Source of the DNA: Centroscyllium fabricii
Lineage: Eukaryota
NCBI GenBank assembly: GCA_051313645.2
Contig: JBNRSN020000026.1
Span: 72,987,542-73,038,000 of the forward strand
Reading direction: 5' to 3'
DNA length: 50,459 nt
Shown here: positions 37,550-49,418 of the stretch, piece by piece
Numbering within the stretch: the stretch's first letter is position 1
Layout of the letters: the number at the start of each line of letters is the position of its first letter
The notes under the pieces: model-generated
Seen by the model: the letters and a program-made list of their open reading frames with translations, nothing else
Database searches by the model: none
Told to the model about the DNA's origin: nothing
Program-made: the position numbers and the translations under genes

Positions 37550-37895
37550 TCTGTCCGTGTGTGTGTGTGTCTGTGTCTTTTCTCAGTCTTTGTCTGTCGC
37601 TCTGTCTGTTTGAATCTCTCAGCCTCTATTTGTCTGGGTCTGTGTGTGTTTCTATGTCTCAGCCTTTTTTTCTCAGTCACAGTTTATGTGCCTCTGTGTG
37701 TGTCTGTGTGTGTGTGTGTGTGTTTGTCTGTGGGTCTCTGCCTGTCTCTGTCTGCCTGCCTCTCAGCCTTTCTCTTCCCAGTCTCTGCCTCCCTGCCTGT
37801 GTGTGTGTGTGTGTGTGTCTCCCTCTGTGTCTGTCTGTCTAGTCCAGTCTCTCTCTCTCTCTCTCTCTTTCTCAGTCAGTATTTCTGTCTCTGGA
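37550..37895. repeat. (TG)n/(TC)n low-complexity tract
   Basis: Interspersed tgtgtg and tctctc runs; source of the spurious Cys/Val/Leu-rich ORFs. Confidence 0.9.
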
Positions 37896-37899
37896 CACC

Positions 37900-38900
37900 C
37901 TGAAGGAATGAACCCACGTGATCAAACGGGGCGGTCGATCCTGAGCTGAAAAAAAAGCCATTTTGTGAGAGGAGCCTGCAGTAAGAGCTGTGGCCAAACA
38001 CTGTTTCTTTGCTCGATTACTAGCCCCAGACACGGCGGACGCCGGGCGATCAGGTAAGGGCCGCTTTAACAAATATTCTGCTTTGCCACCGGCCCGGGAG
38101 ACGGGGCCAGCCGCCCGCCAGATGTCTTCAGTTGAACGAAAAATGAGTGGTGCTCGCTCGCTTGACATCCTATTGCTGTTTCCATTTCAAGATGGCCGCT
38201 TGCCTTGAATTCATTTCCACCGACCTGCTACTTTTCATTGTTTTTTTCTGCCAATTGTCCCCGTTGCTCTGCTGCCCGTTCTGGCCCCGGCCGCTGAGGC
38301 TGAACTCAGCCGCTCCCCCTTCGCCTCCCAGCCCAGCCCACCAGCCAGCCCTGGGTGCATTTGTGCTGTTGGGTCCCACAGTGCTTGGCTCCTGGCAGCT
38401 TGATCTGTCTGTCTCTCTCTCTCTCTCTCACTCTCCCCCTTTTAAACGCTGACGAGTTTCCAGACGCCGAGACACTTTCTCCCTCTCCCTCTCTCTCTCT
38501 CTCTCAAGTTCCAAATCGCTGCTTTTTCCAGCCCCAGCCAGCCTCGGCCGGCACGGCTGGAAAGGTCACACTCCTGGCTTCGGATCCTGGCTCACTTTGA
38601 GTTCGGCTGGGCTTTCGGATTACCGGGGGGAGCTTTCGGAAAGACGGGTCGCCCTGCTCGGCGAGCCTCGTGCGTTGAGTGAGATCTGACCACCCCGATA
38701 TCGCGCACGATTTAAACTTTGTCCCGGGTGCCCACCGCCACGATTTTATAGAATCGCGATCTGCAGACTGTGCAGATTGTCACGGCGAGAGTCCAGCGGC
38801 GATCCGGCCGAGCCCGGCGCTTTTACGAACTTATTTCGCCCGTGTCCTTTCTTGAAATACTTGCAAGTCGGCGTGACTCGCTGCCCCTCTCTGCAACGCC
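37900..38900 (+). promoter_or_regulatory. CpG-rich promoter / first-exon region of a putative BMI1/PCGF2-family gene
   Basis: Visibly CpG-dense, inside a ~5-kb block free of interspersed repeats, with a YY1-type CAAGATGGCCGC at 38188-38199. Gene identity rests on the 5'UTR similarity described in the next feature. Confidence 0.6.
38162..38250 (+). other. Conserved 5'UTR element resembling human BMI1 exon 1 (BMI1 or PCGF2 paralog)
   Basis: TTGACA-N18-TTCAAGATGGCCGCTTGCCTTGAATTCATTT...CTTTTCATTGT versus recalled human BMI1 TTGACA-N18-TTCAAGATGGCCGCTTGGCTCGCATTCATTTT...CTTTCATTGT. Comparison from memory, not by alignment. Confidence 0.6.
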
Positions 38901-39971
38901 TGCTAGAATGAGCTAAATCTTTACAGATAGCCGGGTCAAGGGGGGGAAGGGAAGTACAGAGGCTCCGGCCACATTTATTAATATTTTTTATTTATGCTTG
39001 TGAAGGGCACAGAATAGATTTATATCGAGCCCGAGTCGGCACAAATCCAAGAGGCTTCTGCCCAAATGCATGGCCGCAGTTCTGCCTGATTACAACGAAA
39101 CTGTAATGAATCGCGTTTTTTAATGCACGTGTTGTGTGTTTTGAACTCTGTAGGACTGATAGATGTTTTCCCCCCTGGTGTATATAGTTTAGACACTACA
39201 AGCCCTTCCGAGGTACGAGCCGGTTCAAACCTGCCGCCCTTGCCTCTACCTTATAAAGAAGAAATAAGTTCAAATATACGTGCGAAAATGTATGGATAGG
39301 ATTGATAGATGATTGTGTGCAACCTGGGAGACGGCATGCCATTGAATTTCAATCTGCTTGTAGTTTGCGCCTTGTGGAGTTTTCTGAAGCTCTTGTCATT
39401 TTGGAGTTTCCGTGATTAAAAAAAGATATTTTAAAGAACGCGCCCGCTTTCTGCAGCGACTGTCCCCCTGTTCTGTTCCTAATAACAGCGGCTAGTGATA
39501 ATTAAGATTGAAAGCTGGTCGTGAAGTGGCGACCAGAATAGTTCTCGCTCTTCGAAACGGGGAATGTTTGTGTTTGAGGGGGGAGGTGTGAGGCTGGCTG
39601 GGGATTTGCTGCGGCTGCGAGTTCGGTATTGACAATCAGGAGAGTATATACTGTATATCAAGAGAGAGAGGGAGGGAGAGAGGCTTGAGTGAGTCTGTGT
39701 GTTTACATGTGTTTGTCTCGTTGCCGGAAAGGTACGCGCTTCTCTGCATATTACACATGGACCCCTCACCCGCCCACCTCCCCCCCCGCCCCCACCTCAA
39801 GCATGTAAATCAAATGAGGACAGAAATACGAGAACAGCTCGTAAGGCGATTGAAAACACAGAGAGAGCCGAGAGAGAGAGAGAGAGAGAGGAACGCTTGT
39901 CAGCTTCAAGGAACGAGAATTGTGTGTTAACCCTAGGAGCAGGGGGCGAGAATCACTAGCTGTACATTGAA

Positions 39972-40110
39972 TGCAAGAAGTCACACAACACCAGGTTATA
40001 GTCCAACAGTCTTATTTTAAAATCACGCTCGGGGGTCGCGACTATAACCTGGTGTTGTGTGACTTCTTGCATTTGGCCACCCCAGTCCAACACCGGCACC
40101 TCCACATCAT
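39972..40110 (+). mobile_element. PLE family A fold-back insertion with TSD
   Basis: Inverted arms plus tail. TSD (t)gtacattgaa(tg) at 39961-39973 and 40110-40122. Confidence 0.87.
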
Positions 40111-41322
40111 GTACATTGAATGGAATCGCTGGCTGGCGTTGCTATATTGTCTGGTGTAAAGTGAAAGTTACTGATGTTATTCTCTCCCCCCCCCCCCCCC
40201 CCACACATACTGCACCCCCACCCCCACCAGCTGACCATGAGGACTGATATTAGGTGTTCAGGAACGAGTTAATGATGTGCACAGGTTTTTTTTTGGGGGG
40301 GGGGGGTTAAGTTGGCAGAAGTAACAGTTTCATCTGTTTGTTTACTACCTGACAGCTCCTGGAGTCTCCTTGAACCCATTGCCCAAAGCCATGTGATCTA
40401 GATCTAGGTCTCCTTACATTAAAATCAAATACAGCCAGGTTTTTTTTTTCTGGACAAAAGTCTTCTTTCTCAATCACGTGTGGGCCGTGTGGTGTATCCG
40501 GGTTTTAGCCATTGCTGCGACAGTCGGCGAGTGTGGTTCAGCCCTGAGTCCTAGCCCTAGTCCTAGTCTGTCTGTCTGTCTTTGTAAGTTGCAGCGAATC
40601 CCGCGGGTTACCTGTCAGCGAGAGTGGGGGGGACGGCAGCGGCGGTCGAGGCTCTTCCTCTGTCAGGGGTTTCTGGCCCGGCAATAAGTAAATCACAATA
40701 ATAACAAACACACAGAATATGAAAATGAAAACCGATTTAGCGGTACGGTTGTACAGCTGTTAACAGCCGGGATTAACCGCGGCCATCCATCTTTATCTGT
40801 TAAATATATATAAATACATTCAATATGTGTAAGTAAAAGGCTGGCGACAATTAGATCTTTCCAATCCCCAACCCACGCCACAATAACACGGCAACACTTT
40901 TATTATCTGGCCTCAATCAATGTAAACAACACACACTGCTAATATACTAAATCAAGCCATCCCGCTCGCCATATTAACTGTGGGCTTGTTTCTGTGGCTG
41001 TTCACCCCGAGTACTCAACACACTTTACTTTTTAAAGGGTCTCTCTCTCTCTCTAACTTTGTCCCCCTCCGCCCCCCCCCCCCCCAGTCTCCTGTTCATT
41101 AATACCCGCCTCTTGTGAGTTCACTGCAATGACAGGACTGGCGCTCGTGTGAAAATGTTAGTTTGCTTTTTACTGTCGAAATGAAATCACACGTCGGCCA
41201 GTCAAAAGGAAACTAACTAGCTTCTGACACATGTGGCAGCCCGTACAGTTGGCAACACAAATCATGTTGCGGGTTGGTCACAGGATTGAATTGGGCCTCG
41301 CATTTAATATTCAAACAATCAG

Positions 41323-41446
41323 CACCTGAGGAAGAGCTGCGCTCCTAAAGCTTGTGATTTCAAATCAAACTGTTGGACTATAACCTGGTGTTGTGTGACT
41401 TCTTGCATTTGTCCACCCCAGTCCAACACCGGCACCTCCACATCAT
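41323..41446 (+). mobile_element. PLE family A copy with degenerate hammerhead (GAAA changed to TAAA)
   Basis: cac-ctgagga-a-gagc tgc gctc-c-taaa-gctt-gtg followed by arm and full tail. Confidence 0.82.
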
Positions 41447-41746
41447 ATAATTCTATAGATTTGATCTCTTAACCAAGTACATCAAACATTGGACCATCGG
41501 AACAGGAGGAGGCCATTCAGCCCCTCGAGCCTGCTCCGCCATTCAATGGGATCAATTAGATCTGTCATCTAACTCCATATACCCGCCTTTGGCCCAGATC
41601 ACTTAATACCTTTGGTTAACAGAAAGCTAGCAATCTCCGATTTAAAATGAACAATCGATCGAGCATCAATTGCCATTTGTGGAAGAGAGTTCCAAACCTC
41701 TACCACCCTTTGTTTGTAGAAGTGTTTCCTAACTTCACTCTTGAAA

Positions 41747-41955
41747 AATGCAAGAAGTCACACAACACCAGGTTATAGTCCAACAGTTTTATTTGAAATC
41801 ACAAGCTTTCGGAGCTTATGCCCCTTCGTCACCTGACGAAGGGGCATAAGCTCCGAAAGCTTGTGATTTCAAATAAAACTGTTGGACTATAACCTGGTGT
41901 TGTGTGACTTCTTGCATTTGTCCACCCCAGTCCAACACCGGCACCTCCACATCAT
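41747..41955 (+). mobile_element. PLE family A perfect fold-back insertion (86-bp arms, 2-nt spacer) with 11-bp TSD
   Basis: 41746-41831 is the exact reverse complement of 41834-41919; the tail runs to 41955. TSD cactcttgaaa at 41736-41746 and 41956-41966. Confidence 0.92.
41828..41867 (+). ncRNA. Minimal hammerhead motif (family A)
   Basis: GTCAC-CTGACGA-A-GGGGC ATAA GCTCC-GAAA-GCTT-GTGAT. Confidence 0.75.
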
Positions 41956-44052
41956 CACTCTTGAAAGGTCTGGCTCTAATTTTTAGACTATGTCCCCATG
42001 TCCTAGAATCCCCAACCAATGGAAACAGTTTATCTCTGTCTAACCTATCAACCCTAACCTCATATATAGGTTGGTTTTATTTCAATAATTTGTTGTTCTT
42101 TTTAAAAAAAAAATTATAATCAATTTTGTACCGAGAACTATATTATCAAAACCCTGGCATGGTTAGTAACAGTTCAGTTGGAGTTTGTGAAGATTGACGG
42201 TGACAAACGAGTTGAGGAATTGTAGCTTTGGTTTTGTTGCGACGACCTCCATCCCACCAGGCTGCGCCCTACCGAGTGCGCCGTGGTTCCAAACTCTCAG
42301 CTGCCCTTGCTCTGGACGGCAAGTTCACGGGTCATAGGGGAGCAGGAATGGAACGTGGGGAAGACCCCCATCCCCATCCCCGTTGCAAACACTAGACTAG
42401 GCCTGGTCTGCTTCAGATCCTGTGGGACCCATTAGAAGGCACAGCTTTTAGAATCCCCATAGTTAGACTTTCAACAGGCATCTGCACTGTTGACCCACGT
42501 GGACTTTCTTGAAGACGATTCATGTAATAAATCCTTCGAGCAAGGCACGCTGTTTAAGATTCTCCAATCTGGTGCAATCAGTTCCTGACCTGTATCATCT
42601 CCACCATAAGGCCCGCGTTGTTTACTTGGGAGTCTCGAGATGCCCTGATTCAAGGTCTGACTGTGCCTATTTCTGTGGAGCCTTATCGATAAGGGATACA
42701 CACATTGTACATTCACACACAGGAGCCCGTTGCTACAACAACCACCATTGCATTCTACATTAAACAAAACAACTCAGGCTCAGGCAATCAAGTTATATTA
42801 ATTTAGTGAGCAAAGCTTTTGTACAGAAAATGTCAGATAGAAGCCAGCCAATGTTGTGGATGTTATATCGCTGGCGTGCTTTTGTTGCATGTTCGTGCAT
42901 AGATTTAAGTGGCGTTATTGGGAAGGGAAGAGATAGACTGCATTCTCACCGGTTTACTGAGAATGCAACTTGTGTGTTAGACGGAGATTAGGGACTTTTG
43001 CAAAAGTTGTGCTCACTGTAATTTGATGGAAAGGAAGTCAATCCATTTTAAAAGAGCAAATCTTGTTCTTTCAGCTTGCACCTCTGGAGTGCAAAATCTT
43101 TTAACCATGTTACTGCAATGAATTCGCGTTTAGTCTGATCGCATTGATGATCAGGGAAGTTTGTCCGATTCCTTGCTGTTTGTGATGTTATGCAGTAGCA
43201 CTGCGTGAGCAAGAAATCCAATCCACCGCGAAAGTTCAGCAAAGAAATGTGTTGACTCTGACAGCAACACGCGGGAGAAGCGCTGTGGCCTCCAACCTTT
43301 GAGTCTCCCACCGCTGGCCCGGGATCTAATAGCCAGCGATAACTGAGATCATTTTTGGGGGAAATGGTGGGGTTGGGTGGCGGGGGGTGGGGTGGGGTGG
43401 CAGCAGGTTGGGGGGAGTGTCACTTCACATGTCCTGTAACCTGCATCCGCCAAAACTCTGCATTTGTACATTTTGGGAGAGTTTCTGGGTTTGGTAACTT
43501 CATCGAATAATCACGGCTTTTAAAACAAACTTGCAATGCCGGTCAGTGACTATTAATCTGCAGGACTTAATAACTAAAAACAAGGCAGACACCGGCTGTT
43601 TGGTTTATTTCAGGTCCCTGTCGACAGCTGTCTGTTCCAACCTCTGGATCCTGCTGTATTGCAATTAACACGTTAAAATGATTTCCGTAAATTTCTACGA
43701 TTCCAGAGCGATTTTCCCCAATCCCATATACAATCAGTTTGGTTTTCAGGTGAACTCCCAGCGACATTTATCACTGATATTGAAGTCTTGAGTGTGCTTT
43801 CATTCTTTAACAGACCCGATACAATCATGTTTTTCCTTTGCCCACACACAAGCTTGATGCAAATAGAGCCCACAATGCAGGTAAATAGCGGAATGCATTC
43901 CTCTCCTGACCAGGTACCGCTAAATGCAGCAGGACAGTCGGTTGGTCGGTCGGTCGAGCCGTTTGTTTATTTGCTTCCAGCTGCAAATGAAAGGCATTTC
44001 AACGTAAACTAGTCACGTGGACGGTCAAGCACGTCATCTGCAGATAATATAT

Positions 44053-46330
44053 ACACTCACTCACTCAAACACACACAACACAAACACACTCACTCACTCA
44101 AACACACACACCACAAACACACTCACTCACTCAAACACACACCACAAACACACTCACTCACTCAAACACTCACTCAAACACACACACCACAAACACACTC
44201 ACTCACTCAAACACACACACCACAAACACACTCACTCACTCAAACACACACACTACAAACACACTCACTCACTCAAACACACACACTACAAACACACACA
44301 CCTCAAACACACACTCACTCAAACACACACTCACTAACTCAAATACACACACACTCATTCAAACACACACACACTCATTCAAACACACACTCACTCATTC
44401 AAACACACACTCACTCATTCAAACACACACACACTCATTCAAACACACACACTCACTCATTCAAACACACACACTCACTTATTCAAACACACACTCACTC
44501 ATTCAAACACACACACACTCATTCAAACACACACACTCACTCATTCAAACACACACACTCACTCATTCAAACACACACTCACTCATTCAAACACACACAC
44601 ACTCATTCAAACACACACTCACTCATTCAAACATACACACTCACTCATTCAAACACACACACACTCATTCAAACACACACTCAGTCATTCAAACACACAC
44701 ACACTCATTCAAACACACACTCACTCATTCAAACATACACACTCACTCATTCAAACACACACACACTCATTCAAACACACACTCACTCATTCAAACACAC
44801 ACACTCACTCATTCAAACACACACTCACTCATTCAAACACACACACACTCATTCAAACACACACTCACTCATTCAAACACACACTCACTCACTCAAACAC
44901 ACACACACTCATTCAAACACACACACACACACTCATTCAAACACACACACTCACTCATTCAAACATACATACTCACTCATTCAAACACACACACACACTC
45001 ATTCAAACACACACACACACTCATTCAAACACACACTCACACTCATTCAAACACACACACACTCATTCAAACATACACACTCACTCATTCAAACACACAC
45101 ACTCACTCATTCAAACACACACTCACTCATTCAAACACACACACACACTCATTCAAACACACACACACTCATTCAAACACACACTCACTCATTCAAACAT
45201 ACACACTCACTCATTCAAACATACACACACTCACTCATTCAAACACACACATTCAAGCATACTCACCTTAAACACACACACTCACTCATTCAAACACACA
45301 CACACTCATTCATTCAAACACACACTCACTTATTTAAACACACACTCACTCACTCAAACACACACACCTCAAACACACACTCAAACACACGCACACAAAC
45401 ACACCTCAAACACGTACATTCAAACACACACTCAAATACACTTCAACCACACATTCACTCAAACACACACACCTCAAACACTCACTCAAACACACACACA
45501 TAGGGTAGATAGAAAGAAACGTTTTCCCTTAGTAGAGGGGTCAATAACCAGGGGGCATAGGTTCAAGGTAAGGGGTGGGAGGTTTAATGGGGATTTGAGG
45601 AAGAACTTTTTCACCCAGAGGGTGGTTGGAATCTGGAACTCACTGCCTGAAAGGGTGGTAGAGGCAGGAACCCTCACAACATTCAAGAAGCATTTAGATG
45701 AGCACTTGAAATGACATAGCATACAAGGCTATGGACCAAGTGCTGGAAAATGCGATTAGAATAGACAGGGCTTGATGGCCGGCGCGGACACGATGGGCCG
45801 ATGGGCCTCTTTCTGCGCTGTATAACTCTATGACTCTATGACATACAAACATACCTTCCTTAAACACATACACTCAAACACACACACTCTCACTCAAATA
45901 CACACTCACTCAAACACACACTCACTCAAACACACACACCTCAAACACACTCACTCAAACACACACTCACTCAAACACACTCACTCAAACACACACTCAA
46001 ACACACACAAACACACCTTCAACACATACACTCAAAAACACACTCACTCAAACAGACACTCACTCAAACACACACTCACTCAAACACACACAAACACTTA
46101 AACACACCTTAAATACACATACTCACACTAACACACACTCACTCAAAAACACACACACACAAGCATTCAAACAAAGCTTAAACAAACACTCACAAACACA
46201 CCCCTCAAACACACATGCACTCAACCGCACCTCAATCACACACACTTACACACACACATATTGACTGTCTCTCCCACACACACTCAAGCACACACATAAT
46301 CACTCTCACACACTCACATAAACACACACA
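44053..46330. repeat. ~2.3-kb CA-rich minisatellite, unit approx. CACTCATTCAAACACACA(CA)n, with an embedded CR1 fragment
   Basis: Dozens of 20-24 nt units, most homogeneous at 44350-45250; almost no G on the + strand. Confidence 0.95.
45501..45843 (+). mobile_element. CR1 LINE 3' fragment (second subfamily) inside the minisatellite
   Basis: Highly similar to the reverse complement of 24542-24885, with a (ctctatga)n tail. Confidence 0.92.
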
Positions 46331-48597
46331 GTGGAGGCTGGTGATTCTCTGAACTAATTTGCATCTTGAGCCCACCACGTGTCGCTTTCCAGAATGAATT
46401 GCACAGGGGCTGGTTTTGATTTCAGGTACAGTTGGGTGGGATTCTTCACTCGCTCGCCTGTTTGTTCTATTTACAGATTTATATTTTGGAGGGTGGGGGG
46501 TGGGGACATCTTACGAAGTGTAACCAAGGTCGCTAAAAGTGGGGACTGTAGCCGCCACCCACGTCATTACCCATACAGGCCGATGTTTTATCCTTGATTA
46601 ATTTCCTTGCTAAAAATTATATTTTAGAAGGACTACTGGCTCAGCGTATTCTTTTTTTCCATTTTTTTTTCCATATACATTATTTTTTTGCGTGGCAGTT
46701 TCAGCCGCCGGCCGCGGGGGTGTGATGGTGCATGTCGCTATTAACTTTCTCCGGCATCGATTAAGCGAGAGTCTATGTGCCCCATGCGAGGCGGTACTCT
46801 GCATAATGAATTGCATGTTCGATGTGCATCGGATCATTTATCTGATTGTGCACGGATCAATGGCTCTGTAAATGTGTGTGTGTGTGTGTGTGTAGGGGCG
46901 GGTGGGGGGTGGAGGGAGCTGGAGAGATCAGGGAAGGAGCGACAGTCATTGCTTTCCCAAGTACAACACTACAGTACAGTGTGTGTTTGTGTGTGTGTCT
47001 GTGTGAAAGACGAGAGGAGCGAGAGACTAGCTTTTGGTAAATATTGCGTGTCAGCAGTCTGCTGGAAGGACCTGATCATGTATTGCGAAGCAGGCACAGA
47101 TCAGACGTGCGACGGGATGAGGAATATTCCTGACAGTGCGCACACGGCGATCGCGTTTACTGTTTGCCATCTGTTTACCCCGCGCTCCGGTGGATTGGGA
47201 ATCACCGACAGACACACAGGTAAAGAATGCTAGCGAGAGAGAGAGAGAGAGGGAATCCAAAACAACAAGCTGCGTCTGACCCCCCCACATTTCCGTGGCA
47301 GGTCTTCCTTCCCCTGCGATCGAAATGTGCATGCACATCGTCGGGATCGTTTTCCCCACCTCCCGTGCCCTGTAATCTAGTCTATCAAACGTGCGATATT
47401 GGCAACTCCCCGTGTTATGTCTGTGGCTCACGGTAAAGGCCGCTCAGTTTTCGCTACCGGATAAGCTGACCTTGTGGTGTGCAAATGCCATATAGAATAG
47501 ATTGGCAGAAACGCGGTCTTACAGGGTCTCCATTGGTATATGTGTGTGTGTGTGTGTTTCATTGACGCATTCCTTGCAACATGTACCAGGTTCCTATATA
47601 TAAAAAAAACCGATTCGCTGGCACTGCTCCCCGTACCGGTTCGAGACAAAGAGCTTTCCTTGATTCAAGTGGGGATAGAATGTGGCATACCTTTCACTTG
47701 TTCTCAGAAGGCCATAACTCTCCGAGCCTCGCTCTTTTCCAGCCGAAACGGGTTCACACTCACCCACTGGTTCTGTGTGTGATATATGGCCAACACTCCT
47801 AACTCAACTGCACGCTAGATTAATGAATATTTATCGTCTGTTCCGGCCCGCCGGTAAATTTCAGACTCTGCCCCTCACCCCACCCCCCTCCTTTGACGTC
47901 TTAGAATAGCTCACTTAAAATAATCGAGGAAAGACAATTATATTCTGAAACTATTATATGACGGCTGAAAGGTAGCATCATCGCCTCCTCCTCTTCCCAG
48001 TAATTCAGTGGCGATCTCCACCACCTCAGTTGCAGTGAGCGCTCGATAGTTCCTTATTGCAACAGTCCCTTCCGATAATCGATGCCAATCGTTGTACAGA
48101 AGGCTACAGAAGGGTGTTCACTCCCTCCCCCCCCCCCTCCCCCTCCAATTTCAAGCGTACCTCTTGGCCTGCGAGATTCATCTGCAGCTTTCGACCCGGC
48201 CTTGAAGCAGCGCCATGTGGAAGATTTCGACGCGAGGGGAGTCTCTTGTTTTGCCAGTGGAGATGGCATCATGTTGTATGTCACCTGGATCGTTGCACCT
48301 TGCTACGGTGACCGTCGCTAAAGCTTCTGCCTGAAGCTGCTGGTGCTATACGTTGAAGTAATTAAGACTGAACATCAATCAGTGATGACTGTACAGTATT
48401 TATTTTTTGGACCAGCAATTCTAATGCTAAATATTAGAATAAATGCCCTCGTTACTTCCAGAGCTTTTTTTTTAACGAGAAGCACCCCCCCTCCCCCCCT
48501 CTAAAACATGATGTGGAGGTGCCGGTGTTGGACTGGGGTGGACAATTGCAAGAAGTCGCACAACACCAGGTTATAGTCCAACAGTTTTACTTTAAAT

Positions 48598-48633
48598 CAC
48601 AAGCTTTCGGAGCGTTCGCCCCTTCGTCAGGTG
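48598..48633 (-). ncRNA. Minimal hammerhead motif (family A)
   Basis: Minus strand CAC-CTGACGA-A-GGGGC GAAC GCTCC-GAAA-GCTT-GTG. Confidence 0.68.
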
Positions 48634-48679
48634 GAAAGAGAGACTGACCTAAAGAAAACACAGGTCCAGTCTCTCTTTC

Positions 48680-48715
48680 CACCTGACGAAGGGGCGAACG
48701 CTCCGAAAGCTTGTG
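48680..48715 (+). ncRNA. Minimal hammerhead motif (family A)
   Basis: CAC-CTGACGA-A-GGGGC GAAC GCTCC-GAAA-GCTT-GTG. Confidence 0.68.
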
Positions 48716-48931
48716 ATTTAAAATAAAACTGTTGGACTATAACCTGGTGTTGTGTGACTTCTCTAAAACATCTCCTCTGTTCATGTTTTAAGGGTAGGCT
48801 TCACATGTGCGGATCCCTACTGCACCATTCATGTGTCATGTAATCACTCGCTTTTCAGAGAGTTGATTGGAGAGCACAATACACTAACTGTCGAGTTTGC
48901 AGTTGATTACAGAGAAAGACAAGCTTTGGAC

Positions 48932-49418
48932 GAACATAGAACATAGAACATAGAACAATGTAGCACAGTACAGGCCCTTCGGCCCTCAGAACATGGTCCG
49001 ATATGAAATACTGCTATCCGCCCCCCCCCTTAACCTTCATTGCGCTCCAGGTGCTTATCCAATAATCTTTTGAAGGTTCCCAAATTGTCCGACTCCACTA
49101 TTTCAGCAGGCTGTCCATTCCACACCCCGACCACTCCCTGGGTAAAGAATCTGCCTCTGACATCCTTCCTAAATCTTCCCCCATGTATCCTACAGTCATG
49201 CCCTCTTGTAACCGTTACACCCACCCGAGGAAATAGCCTCTGAACGTCCACTCTATCCATCACCTTCATCATCTTATAAACCTCTATTAAGTCGCCTCTC
49301 AACCTCCTTCGCTCCAAAGAGTAGAGCCCCAGCTCCCTCAACCTCTCTTCATAAGACCTACCCCCCAAACCAGGCAGCATCCTGGTCAATCTCCTCTGCA
49401 CTCTTTCCAATGCCTCCA
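48932..49418 (-). mobile_element. CR1 LINE 3' fragment (third subfamily), ORF2 remnant
   Basis: ORF 49030-49425: ALERVQRRLTRMLPGL...YEERLRELGLYSLERRRLRGDLIEVYK...FFTQGVVGVWN, with a (gttctat)n tail. Confidence 0.93.

Larger units (their letters stand above)
41495..42050 (-). mobile_element. CR1 3' fragment interrupted by a PLE family A palindrome
   Basis: Minus-strand reading GDSRTWGHSLKIRARPFKS, a CR1 ORF2 remnant, broken at 41955; CR1 3'UTR hairpin at 41500-41550. Confidence 0.8.
48508..48760 (-). mobile_element. PLE family A fold-back insertion with a complete hammerhead in each arm and a TSD
   Basis: Tail at 48508-48544, arms about 48550-48650 and 48663-48762. TSD ctctaaaac(at) at 48499-48509 and 48761-48771. 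Confidence 0.9.

Noticed and set aside
37465-37949. Cys/Val/Leu-rich ORFs resembling membrane proteins
   Set aside because: Translations of (TG)n/(TC)n simple repeats.
41746-41955. Palindromic elements as MITEs (DNA transposons) or pre-miRNAs
   Set aside because: Asymmetric tail, variable fold-back point, variable-length TSDs and hammerhead motifs fit PLE retrotransposition better; multicopy repeat origin argues against conserved miRNAs.
44017-46101. His/Thr-rich ORFs
   Set aside because: Translations of the CA-rich minisatellite.
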